A DNA stretch of 64,000 nucleotides, from assembly GCA_965224085.1 (NCBI GenBank), contig CBDCYI010000004.1:1728001-1792000 (forward strand), written 5' to 3'. The stretch's first letter is position 1. Each line of letters begins with the position of its first letter. The translations under genes and the position numbers were made by a program. Of this stretch, positions 1 to 9,258 are shown piece after piece. This DNA is from Candidatus Marinacidobacterales bacterium (GTDB lineage Bacteria > Acidobacteriota > Vicinamibacteria > Marinacidobacterales > SMYC01). A model generated the notes under the pieces. It had not been told where the DNA came from and did no database searches. It saw only the letters and a program-made list of their open reading frames with translations.

Positions 1-1313
1 TGGTCTCGATCGTCTGCGGGATCGAGCCCCGACCCATTCGGCCCATCACCGAGTTCCTGTCCGGACTGATACCTGCGACCTGCCTGCCGGAGCTCTTGCG
101 TCAGCAAGGCTACCGCACCGTCTTCTTTCAGTCGGCGACTGAATTCTTCCAGAATCGTCGTCGACTGGTGGCCAACTTCGGTTACGAGGACTTCTACCCT
201 GGCGAGTCGATGGACAGCCGTGGTTTCGAGCGGGCCAATTACTTCGGTTTCGAAGATGACGTCATGCTCGAGCCCAGCAGAAAGTGGCTGGAAAAGAACG
301 GGAATCATCCTTTTCTCGCTACCTATCTGACCATCACCCCCCATCACCAGTATTTGGCCCCCAGGCGATACGGGAGGGTTCGCTTTGTCCAGCGGGAAGA
401 GCACAACCTCTACCTCAACGCCGTTCGTTATCTAGACTTCTTCGTCAGGAATCTCATCGAGCAGTACCAGCAACTCGGTCTATACGATGAGACCATCTTT
501 GTGATTGTGGGTGACCATGGCGAGGCCTTTGGAGAGCATCGCAGGTCCAAGCACAACAACATCCTCTACGAGGAGGTCATGAGGGTCCCTCTCCTCATCC
601 ATTCTCCCGCGATCGTTTCTGCCGGAGAGCGCGTAGCTGGCCCTGCCAGCCTTCTGGACATCCTTCCTACCGCGGTCGATCTGCTAGGCTTCGAGATCGC
701 GAAAGGCTCCTATCCGGGAAGCTCCATCTTCTCGCTCTCTCGGGATCGGCCGCTTTATTTCAGCTGCTTTCGTGAACGTAAGTGCCTTGGAAGCCTGAGT
801 GGTTGGCTCAAGTTCATTTATTACTATGACGATCAGCCGGATCAGCTCTTTGACCTCTTGGCCGATCCTCTGGAAAGGGAGAACCTGGCGGCCGCGGCGA
901 CCGAAGACGTTTCCTCCCGCCGCACGGAGCTTCAAGAGTGGCGTACAAATCTCGATGCGACCTACAGGCAGCACCACCGCGATCAAATCGAGCCCTATCT
1001 GTTCGATTCCAGACCGCCCATTCAGCACGAAGTAGAGGCGGTCTTCGCTCAGCGCCTGGCCCTAGTGGGCTACGACTTGTCTGAGACGAAGCTGAAGCCT
1101 GGCCAGTCGTTCCGCATCACTTACTACTTCGAGGTTCGCCAGCGCATTCCGCGCAAATGGAGGATCGTGGTGGAAGCGTTGGGAGACAAAGGAAAGCCGG
1201 GCCAGGACAACCAGGCGGAACGGGTGAGGCTCGAACACCATCCCCTGGATGGTCTCTATTTATCGCTCGAAGCCGATGAACATGTGTTCGCCGAGGCTTT
1301 GGTGCACGAATAG
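1..1313 (+). CDS. Sulfatase/LTA synthase-like (alkaline phosphatase superfamily) protein; 5' end probably outside the window, C-terminus apparently truncated near 1260
   Basis: Motifs TITPHH, YLNAVRYLD, VIVGDHGEAFGEH, VPLLI, DILPT, LFDLLADPLERENL; sequence after HHPLDGLY looks unrelated. Confidence 0.8.
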   Translation, partial: VSIVCGIEPRPIRPITEFLSGLIPATCLPELLRQQGYRTVFFQSATEFFQNRRRLVANFGYEDFYPGESMDSRGFERANYFGFEDDVMLEPSRKWLEKNGNHPFLATYLTITPHHQYLAPRRYGRVRFVQREEHNLYLNAVRYLDFFVRNLIEQYQQLGLYDETIFVIVGDHGEAFGEHRRSKHNNILYEEVMRVPLLIHSPAIVSAGERVAGPASLLDILPTAVDLLGFEIAKGSYPGSSIFSLSRDRPLYFSCFRERKCLGSLSGWLKFIYYYDDQPDQLFDLLADPLERENLAAAATEDVSSRRTELQEWRTNLDATYRQHHRDQIEPYLFDSRPPIQHEVEAVFAQRLALVGYDLSETKLKPGQSFRITYYFEVRQRIPRKWRIVVEALGDKGKPGQDNQAERVRLEHHPLDGLYLSLEADEHVFAEALVHE

Positions 1314-1414
1314 GTCTTGACTCCGGCAACCGCTTCGTCTGAGCTTCTCGATACATCGGATCGGCTCCTGAATGGCAGCGCCAAGCGCTACGTCCGCGAG
1401 GGGGAGTTAGACGG

Positions 1415-2190
1415 ACTAGGAGGGTCTCGAGTTGCGTTTTCGGAGATGATCCAAGATCTGCCGGATCACGCTGGCTCGGTGATGAACGACACGATGCGCA
1501 TTTTGCCGCCGCAGTTTTTGCAAATCAACGGGTCGGTTTGAATACACGGCGGATCAAATTGGCCCATCGTCGGCGAAGAGTTTTACGCTGGGTGGCGTTG
1601 AGCTCGTTGTCGTCGGCTGTGGGTCGTTTCTTTCGGGCATTTTTACTTATTCGTAGGGCGTAGTTGCTCTTCTTGTCGTAATGGAGTCTTTGAAGGGAGA
1701 TGGGGCAGCGGACGATATAGCGAGAAATGGTTGCAAGGGCTTGGGTATCGGAGGGATAAAGGTAGAGATCATTATCGATGCTAAAGTGCTCCGGCGCCAT
1801 GAACGAAGAATTTTGATACGTTCGTCAGAGAGAAGGTCGTGTTCTTGTAGAAGTCGAAAGACTTTCTCCCGAAGCAGAAATTCCGCGGCGTGTGTGTCGA
1901 TGTAGGGAACGGGAATCCACTGTCCGCCGGCAAGCCAGACGCCTCTGGAAACGACGGAGTGCAGATGTGGGATTCCAAGCCAAGTTGTCAGAGAATGTCT
2001 GTATGGACGCGACCATGCCGATGCGGACGTTCTGGTCATCGACAGCGGCGGCCATGAGCTCGTAGCCGGCGCGGGCGAGCTCGGTGAGGAGCTCAGGGCG
2101 GAGAGGAAGTAAGGGCGGAGCATTTTGGGAATGGAAAGGTCCACAATCAATGGCCGACGTTTTCCAAAAGCTCGTCCTTGAGAAGGGCGG
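1415..2190 (-). pseudogene. IS91-like (Y2/HUH) transposase remnant with several frameshifts
   Basis: Pieces across frames: DELLENVGH..IPKMLRPYF, HUH motif PHLHSVV, YIVRCPISLQRL, RRWANLIRRVF, DPLICKNCGGKMRIVSFITEP..VIRQILDHL. Confidence 0.75.
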
Positions 2191-2458
2191 CATCCGCCTC
2201 CGTCAAGAATTCGGCGGGATCTTGCCGAAGCCGCCCGCGCAATACGAGTGGCGGCGAAGGCAGGAAGGCGGCCGCCCGCTTCGCACCACATGACGGGCAG
2301 ATGCCTCTCTGTTTGCAGCTGAGAGTGAGTAATTTCTCTAAACCGCATGTATCGCATCTGAGTCTTGCGAAATTCTCTGCTGCATGAATCGAGGCTCGGG
2401 TTAGAATGCCGGTCTGTCAGCTCGTGCGCGTGACGAGAAATCGCGCCTCAATGGAACC

Positions 2459-4183
2459 ATGAACTGGAACATAGAGACCGTGTCGAGCACCGCGCCCCAG
2501 GGTGACAAAAGAGGGTCCGCGCTCGCGGCCGTCGGATTCTTCGTGGCCGTTTCCGTGTGGCTCACGTGGCCACTCGCTCCACGGTTCAGCTCAGGGCTGA
2601 GCTCGAGCCCCGATTCGCTCCTCAACGCGTGGGCACTCGCCTGGAATTTTCACATCCTGCTGCGCGATCCATTCTCTCTGTTCGACGCGAATATCTTCGC
2701 GCCTCGCCCCGACACGCTCGCCTATTCCGAGCATATGATGGGCATCACCGTGCTCGTAGGGCCGGTCTTTTGGGCAACGAACAACCTCGTCCTCGCCTAC
2801 AACGTCGCCTTTTTCGGCTCCTTCGTCCTATCGGGCCTCGGGATGTTCCTGCTCACTCGCGAGCTGACCAACAACGGCTGGGCGGCATTGGTGGCGGGAA
2901 CGATCTTCCTCGCGGCGCCCTATCGCTTTCAGCACGTAGTTCAGCTCCAATTGCTCACCTACCAATGGTTTCCGTTCGTCTTTTGGTGTCTTTATCGATT
3001 TCTGCGGGGAGGCGGATTGGGCTGGCTCGGAGGAGTCGTCATTTTCTCGCTACTCCAGATCCTGTCGTGCAACTACTACGCAATGTACCTGGTGATCGCG
3101 GTGCTTCTATTCGGCGTTCTGCTTTGCGTCGAAACCGCCAGGGCCTCTTCAACTCCGCAGTCAACTCGGTCGCTGTCGGATGCGCGTCTCACGAAAAGCA
3201 CGGCTATGCAACTCGTTCTCGGAGCCATCTGCGTCGGCGTCGTGGCTTTGCCATTCTTTATTCCGTACGAGCGAAACCGCGATCGTGGCTTCTATCGGCG
3301 CTACGAGGATACGGTGCATTACTCGGCGACGCCCTCCGAGTACCTGACACCGAGCGCATTCAACGACGCTCCCCACATTCGGTGGCTTCCTCGCGGTCGG
3401 AAAGCTCTGTTTCCTGGCTTCGTCGCCGTTTTGCTCGCCGCCGCGGGTGCGGTCGCGGGCGCCCGTGAGCGCCGTCTTTTCTGGCAGTTTGGCGTTGCTC
3501 TCCTGTTGGTCGGATTCGTACTCTCACTCGGTCCGGAAACAAGAGCTCTAGGGGTACGTATTCCACTGCCGTATCGTTTATTCCAACTCCACTTCCCCGG
3601 CTTCAACGGCATGCGCGTTCCCGCACGGATCGCGACCCTGGCGCTCGTGGGGGGCAGTATACTTGCCGCCTTCGCCGCAAGGGCTCTACTCGACCACGCT
3701 GGTCGCTTTCGCAACGCCGCGGGCGTCGGACTCGTCGCGCTTCTGTTGTTCGAATACCAAACGAGCTCGCTGGATCGCGTCGTACCGGAGGCGCTCCCGA
3801 TACCTGCGGCTCACCGATGGCTCGCCACGGCAAAATATCCCGGCGCGGTGCTCGTGCTTCCAATTCATGAAGGAGAGGAGATCGTTCGCGAAGCGAGCTA
3901 CATGTACTATTCGACGTCCCACTTCAAGCCACTGGTAAACGGCTATAGCGGCTGGTGGCCGAACGATTATTGGGAGCTCGTCGGACGGCTGCGTCACTTC
4001 CCAACCTCCCGAATCTTGCGCTTTCTCCTCGAGCGTGCGCCGGTGCGCTACGTCGTGATCCACTACTCGGAGATCCCCGAGCCGCGTCGGCGGCAGCTCG
4101 AATCGGCGATGGAGCGGTATCGCGAGCGGATCCCGGAGCGTTTTCGTGATGGCGAGGTCGTTGTGTACGAGATCGTCTCATGA
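2459..4183 (+). CDS. Polytopic membrane protein, GT-C/YfhO-like glycosyltransferase
   Basis: Many TM segments; DSLLNAWALAW, FDANIFAP..TLAYSE, MRVPAR, PLVNGYSG. Confidence 0.7.
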   Translation: MNWNIETVSSTAPQGDKRGSALAAVGFFVAVSVWLTWPLAPRFSSGLSSSPDSLLNAWALAWNFHILLRDPFSLFDANIFAPRPDTLAYSEHMMGITVLVGPVFWATNNLVLAYNVAFFGSFVLSGLGMFLLTRELTNNGWAALVAGTIFLAAPYRFQHVVQLQLLTYQWFPFVFWCLYRFLRGGGLGWLGGVVIFSLLQILSCNYYAMYLVIAVLLFGVLLCVETARASSTPQSTRSLSDARLTKSTAMQLVLGAICVGVVALPFFIPYERNRDRGFYRRYEDTVHYSATPSEYLTPSAFNDAPHIRWLPRGRKALFPGFVAVLLAAAGAVAGARERRLFWQFGVALLLVGFVLSLGPETRALGVRIPLPYRLFQLHFPGFNGMRVPARIATLALVGGSILAAFAARALLDHAGRFRNAAGVGLVALLLFEYQTSSLDRVVPEALPIPAAHRWLATAKYPGAVLVLPIHEGEEIVREASYMYYSTSHFKPLVNGYSGWWPNDYWELVGRLRHFPTSRILRFLLERAPVRYVVIHYSEIPEPRRRQLESAMERYRERIPERFRDGEVVVYEIVS

Positions 4184-4452
4184 GGAGCCTCCAGCTCGTA
4201 GGGAGTTTTCTGGTGACCCGAGCCGAACTACTGACGCTCGTGCTCGCCGTGCTCGCGCTGCCGGTGCGCGTCGCAGTCTCGGCCGGAATGTCCGCAGACG
4301 TGCTGCGCTTCTACTGTCTCTTTGTCGCGTTGGTCGCGGCCGTGGTGACGATCCTTCCCGTGAAGAAGGCGTGGCTGGACGGCCCGCGCCTTTGTCTCCT
4401 GCTCGCAGCGCTTTGGTCGGTGCCGTCCATCCACGACCGTGTCGGTGGATGA
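4180..4452 (+). pseudogene. N-terminal fragment of a membrane protein, truncated at a junction near 4450
   Basis: ATGA overlap with the upstream gene; three hydrophobic segments; ends abruptly where the minus-strand TPP-enzyme gene also breaks. Confidence 0.55.
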
Positions 4453-6289
4453 GAGAGGTCTCCCACACTTTCCACTCGCCAGCGCGCTGCTCCTTGCTGA
4501 TTTTCCCGAGCTCGTCGTTATTGAGAAGCACGTGGGTGATGTTCATGTCGTATTTCACGGCCGTTGTGAGCTCGGCCATGTATTGGCCGAAACCTCCGTC
4601 GCCCCCGATCGAGACCACGGGTCGGCCGTGAAACGGTGAGCCGTCTTCCTGCGTCGCTGCCCACGCACCCATCGCCGCGGGTAGCGCGAAGCCGATCGAG
4701 CCCAGATAGCCGGACATGAGCACGGCTTGGTTCTGGCACTCGAAATAGCGGCCGAAGCTATAAGTATGGTTGCCGACGTCGACCGCAATGATGGCGTCAT
4801 CGGGTACGTGTCGGTTCAAGGCGGCGAATACAGCCGCCGATCCCAAACCCACGTCCGAAATGTCGGCTTCGCGACACTTTTTCTCTTCCCGCCAAATCGC
4901 CCAACGCTCGGCGATCTCGTTCCGACGATCGATGAAGCCGGTTTCACCTCCGAGTTCGTCCCGCAAAATCGACGCCGTCACAGAAATCTCGCCCCAAACG
5001 GGAACCTCCACGCTGTGGAACTTTCCGAGCATCATCGGATCGAGATCGACTTGGATCGTCGGCTTCTTCGGGGTGATGCCGGTATGATTGCTGAAGCTCG
5101 CTCCGAAAACGACGAGCACGTCCGACTCGTTCATGAACCAGCTCGCGATGGGCGTCCCGCTGCGGCCGAGGACGCCGCAGCCGAGCGGATGGGCGTCGGC
5201 GATCAAACCTTTGCCTTTGAAGGTCGTCAATACCGGGGCGTTCATGGTCTCGGCGAGCTCGCGCACAGGCTCCATCTGAAATCGCGCTCCGTGGCCGACG
5301 ATGATCACGGGACGCTTCGAGCCGCGGAGAAGCCCGAGGGCCCTGTCGAGCGATTCTCGAGGCGGCGTGATCTCGCGAGCGGTCACGCGGCCTTCCGGGC
5401 CGCCCGCTTTGGCGCCATCCGGCACTGGCTGAACCTGGACTTCGTCCGGAAAGATGAGATGCGAGACGCCGCGGTTCAATAGCGCGCTTTTGAGGGCGAG
5501 GTTTACGAGCTCCGTGTGGCGGCTACCGTGCAGCACGGGCTGGCTCCATTGAGCGACCTTGCCAAACGCCGCTTGAAGGTCGACTTCTTGGAACGCACCA
5601 GGGCCAAGCACTTGCGTGTCGACTTGGCCTGTCAGTGCGAGCGCGGGCGCCCGGTCTACGTTGGCGTCCCAAAGCCCCGTGAGCATGTTGGTGGCGCCGG
5701 GCCCGGCGATCGCAAAACACGCCGCGGGTCTTCCCGTCAGCTTGCCGTAGGCCGAGGCGGCGAACGACGCGGCGCCTTCGTGGCGCACGCCGAAATAGCG
5801 AAGCCCTCCGGCTTCTTCCTGGCGCCGAATGGCTTCGGCGAGCCCGAGGTTCGAATGGCCGACGATACCGAACACTGCGCGCACGCCCCAGCGCGTCATC
5901 GTTTCCGTCATCAAGTCCGACACAGTGCGCGTTACGGCGACTGGCTCTTCGAAAGCGACATAGATGCCGTCTTCGCGATTTTCTACGGAATAAACGGCGA
6001 TGCCGTCGTCATAGGCTCCGGGCGGCTTGCCGGTAAGGGGATGAAAGTCCCAGCCGTGCCACGGACAGCGGAGAAAACCCTTCTCGATCGAGCCTTCTCC
6101 GAGAGGTCCTTTTTGGTGGGAACACTCGTTGTCGAGCGCCGCGTATTCGCCCTCGTAATGCGTCATGCAAACGGTGGCCAGCCCGCAGGTCACGGCCTTC
6201 ACGCGTCCTTCGGGAAGCTCGTCCGGCTCGAGCGCTTTGTACCAAACTCTTTTGGCCTCGGTCACCGCCTTTCCTTCATGAGAGGTCAT
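4450..6289 (-). CDS. Rieske-domain-fused TPP-dependent enzyme (pyruvate oxidase/acetolactate synthase family), C-terminally truncated
   Basis: Rieske CSH...CPWHGW; RHEGAASFAA, GPGATN, TPP motif GDGGF..NN; start ATG 6289 overlaps the upstream stop; homology ends at VWETSL. Confidence 0.85.
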
Positions 6290-7947
6290 GGTGCTTCGAC
6301 TCCTGCGTAACGAATGCCGGTGAGCTTGGCGATGTCGGGTTTCCACGTCGTGAGATCGCGGAGCTCGAAATCGCGCAGATGCGAGTGGCCGCATGCTCGC
6401 GCGAGGATTTGCATGAGCGTGACACTCGCCGTGAAGTAATTCGCGAGCCGTTTGGCCGATTGGTCGATCAGGAGCCGCGCGCGCAAAGTTTCCTTTTGGG
6501 TCGCGATCCCGACGGGGCAGTTATTGGTGTGACAGGCGCGCATCCCGAGGCAGCCTATCGCCTGAAGCGCCGCGTTCGATAGCGCGATACCGTCGGCACC
6601 GAGGGCCATGGCTTTGACAAAATCCGCGTCGGTTCGAAGGCCACCGGTGGCGATGAGCGTCACGTGGTTCGCTCCGCGCTGGTCGAGATGCCGCCTGGCG
6701 CGGGCGACCGCGACGACGGTGGGCACGGAGATATTCTCCTTGAAGATAGTGGGCGCGGCGCCGGTAGCCCCGCCGCGTCCATCGAGAATGATGTAATCCG
6801 CGCTGGCCTCGAGAGCGAAGTCGATGTCGTCCTCGATGTGTTGCGCCGAAATTTTGAAGCCTATGGGGATACCGCCCGTGGCGTCACGGACCTCCCCGGC
6901 CGCTTCGCGAAAATCCGCGACCGTGCCGAGATCGGGAAAACGGGACGGGCTGATGGCGGGCTCTCCTGGCTTCAGCCCGCGCACGGAGGCGATTTTCTCG
7001 GAGACTTTCTTACCCGGCAGGTGTCCGCCGGTTCCCGTCTTCGCACCTTGGCCGCCTTTGAAATGAAACGCTTGGCACTTTTTGACTTTCTCGAGGCTGT
7101 AGCCGAATCTTGCTGAGGCGAGCTCATAGAAATAGCGGCTTGCAGCTTCTTGCTCGTCGGGAAGCATCCCGCCTTCGCCCGAGCAGATACCCGTCCCCGC
7201 CATCTCCGCGCCCGTCGCGAGCGCGACTTTGGCTTCTTGACTCAGGGCTCCGAAGCTCATGTCGCTCACGAAGAGCGGGATGTCCAGGACGAGGGGCTTT
7301 TGGGCTTTGGGCCCGATGACGAGCTCGGTGCCGATGGGAGCGTCGTCGAGAAGCGGCAAGCGCGCGAGCTGTGCCGTCAGGATTTGGATGTCGTCCCAGC
7401 TGGGGAGGGTGTCGAGGCGAACGCCCATGGCGGTGACCGCTCCGTGATGCCCCGTTTTCGACAGGCCGTCGCGGGCGAGCGACTGGATATAAGCATTCTT
7501 CGGCTCCTCAGGCCCGCCATGCATGTCCTGATAGAGCCCGAGATATTCATCGCGTTTGAAATATTGTGGATGGACGGACTCGAATGCCGCGATTTCCGCA
7601 GCGTCCACGAGCACCACGTCCGCGTCGCGGTCGATGAACGTGCTGAACTTCTCAAGGCGCTCCGCGTTGTTGTACTCGCTCACGCCCGTGTCGTAACGGT
7701 AGTCCCAACCGTGGATGCCACAGATCAGGTTGTACCCATCGATGTGGCCGTCGGCCATGATCGCGTCGCGGTGCTGGCAACGGCCATACAAAACCGAAAC
7801 CTCGTCATCAAATCGAATCACCACCAGATCGACGCTCCCGACAAGTGCATAGGCGGGTTCGCGATCCTCGAGCTCGCTAAAGCGCGCGACTTTGGTGTCG
7901 TGTCCCGTTCTCGGCAAAGTGCTCAATGAAGTCCTCCTGCATGTCAC
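6286..7947 (-). CDS. Rieske-domain-fused FMN-binding glutamate synthase family protein (start uncertain)
   Basis: Rieske CQH...CGIHGW; MSFGALS, GQGAKTGTGGHLPG, DGRGGATGAAP, 3Fe-4S motif CLGMRACHTNNCPVG. Confidence 0.85.
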   Translation of the reverse strand: MTCRRTSLSTLPRTGHDTKVARFSELEDREPAYALVGSVDLVVIRFDDEVSVLYGRCQHRDAIMADGHIDGYNLICGIHGWDYRYDTGVSEYNNAERLEKFSTFIDRDADVVLVDAAEIAAFESVHPQYFKRDEYLGLYQDMHGGPEEPKNAYIQSLARDGLSKTGHHGAVTAMGVRLDTLPSWDDIQILTAQLARLPLLDDAPIGTELVIGPKAQKPLVLDIPLFVSDMSFGALSQEAKVALATGAEMAGTGICSGEGGMLPDEQEAASRYFYELASARFGYSLEKVKKCQAFHFKGGQGAKTGTGGHLPGKKVSEKIASVRGLKPGEPAISPSRFPDLGTVADFREAAGEVRDATGGIPIGFKISAQHIEDDIDFALEASADYIILDGRGGATGAAPTIFKENISVPTVVAVARARRHLDQRGANHVTLIATGGLRTDADFVKAMALGADGIALSNAALQAIGCLGMRACHTNNCPVGIATQKETLRARLLIDQSAKRLANYFTASVTLMQILARACGHSHLRDFELRDLTTWKPDIAKLTGIRYAGVEAP

Positions 7948-8074
7948 GGATAGAAAAGGCTCTCATGAGCCGAATCGCCCGTGGATTAGCCCGTTTAAAT
8001 GCTTGACTGTCCGCGCTTTGCGTTCTGGCGGCCTTTTCTGCGGCGCGGGCGTCGATTGCGATAGAATAGGATCC

Positions 8075-8383
8075 ATGAAATTGTCGGTGTCCCAGCGCGT
8101 TGTTCACGAAAAGTACGGCCTAGGGGTCATCTCCGAAGCCGATTCTCAATATACGGTGATCGAGTTTGATGAGCACGGCGGCAAAAAATTTCTGACCCGT
8201 CTCGTTTCGTTGCAGTCGAGCGACGAGCCGCCTCCGAAGCGACGGCGAGCGCGGAAGACGACCACGAAGGCCGGGACCACCACCAAGAAGAAGACCACCA
8301 AGAAGACGGCGGCTAAAAAGACGACCAAGAAGACGACCACCAAAGCTTCCAAAGCGACGAAGAAAACCACGAAGAAGGCTTGA
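8075..8383 (+). CDS. Small protein with a PcrA/UvrD-CTD- or CarD-like Tudor domain and a Lys/Thr/Ala-rich histone-H1-like tail
   Basis: QRVVHEKYGLGVI..TVIEFDEHGGKKF followed by KKTT repeats; TAGAAT 7 nt upstream of ATG 8075. Confidence 0.7.
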   Translation: MKLSVSQRVVHEKYGLGVISEADSQYTVIEFDEHGGKKFLTRLVSLQSSDEPPPKRRRARKTTTKAGTTTKKKTTKKTAAKKTTKKTTTKASKATKKTTKKA

Positions 8384-8411
8384 GCCCCCGAGAGGGGTGG
8401 TCCGCGACGGC

Positions 8412-9182
8412 CTAGCGCCGCGTGCCAGCTGCGATCTCGGACATCACGTAGGATCCACTCTTCTCGTCCTTCGCGATCTTGAAAAGCCCGAGCCGCGCGC
8501 CATCCTCGACGAGCTCGCTGAAGTTCGAATAACCGTAAGTCGCTTCGTTGAACGACGGCTCCTTCCTCTTCGCCGTTTGTTTGACCATCGAGCTCCACAG
8601 AATTTGCTTGTCTTCACGCCGCAAAGCCTCCATGGCGTCGAGGAGCATCGCGAAAGGCTTCTGTTTCTTTTTCGGGAGGCTCGCGAGGCCTCTAGAGACT
8701 CGCTGCGACTTGGACCTGTCAATGAGATCGTCGTAGAAAATGAACTCGTCACACGCGGCCGCGAGCAAGTCCGATGTCGATTTCCGGAGTCCGAGGCCGA
8801 TCACCGTCTTGTCGTTCTCCTTGAGTTTGGAGACGAGCGGCGCGAAGTCGCTATCGCCTGAGACGAGCACGAAATAGTTGATGTGGTCCTTCGAATAGCA
8901 AAGATCCATGGCGTCGACGACCATCTTGATGTCGGCGCTGTTCTTTCCCGTATAGCGCCGTTGCGGGATGTCGATAAGCTCGATTCCGGCTTCGTGGAGC
9001 GGCTTTTTGTACTTCTTGTAGACGCCCCAGTCCGCGTAGGCTTTCTTGACGACGATCTTGCCTTTCTCGACGATCCGCGCCAAAACGCGGCCTATTTCGA
9101 ACTGATCGAACTTGGTTTCCGTAGCCCCTAGCGCAACGTTTTCGAGATCGATGAACAGGGCGAGCTTCGGCTCTGCGGCCAT
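8412..9182 (-). CDS. NYN domain (LabA/DUF88) protein with C-terminal OST-HTH/LOTUS domain
   Basis: LFIDLEN, KNSADI, LVSGDSDFAPL, CDEFIFYD, PSFNEATYGYSNFSEL. Confidence 0.9.
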   Translation of the reverse strand: MAAEPKLALFIDLENVALGATETKFDQFEIGRVLARIVEKGKIVVKKAYADWGVYKKYKKPLHEAGIELIDIPQRRYTGKNSADIKMVVDAMDLCYSKDHINYFVLVSGDSDFAPLVSKLKENDKTVIGLGLRKSTSDLLAAACDEFIFYDDLIDRSKSQRVSRGLASLPKKKQKPFAMLLDAMEALRREDKQILWSSMVKQTAKRKEPSFNEATYGYSNFSELVEDGARLGLFKIAKDEKSGSYVMSEIAAGTRR

Positions 9183-9258
9183 AGGTGCACTTTAGCAGGA
9201 ATCAGCGTTTGACATCCAATATTCGCACGAGGTGGATGGAGACTAACGCGAGCCCTTA

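Noticed and set aside
4178-4449. Arg-rich C-terminal extension of the TPP enzyme
   Set aside because: It is read-through into the antisense of an unrelated gene fragment beyond the junction
8250-8380. Tandem DNA repeat or CRISPR-like array
   Set aside because: The periodicity comes from Lys/Thr codons of the H1-like tail; there is no repeat-spacer structure. I noticed no CRISPR array, tRNA or rRNA in the window
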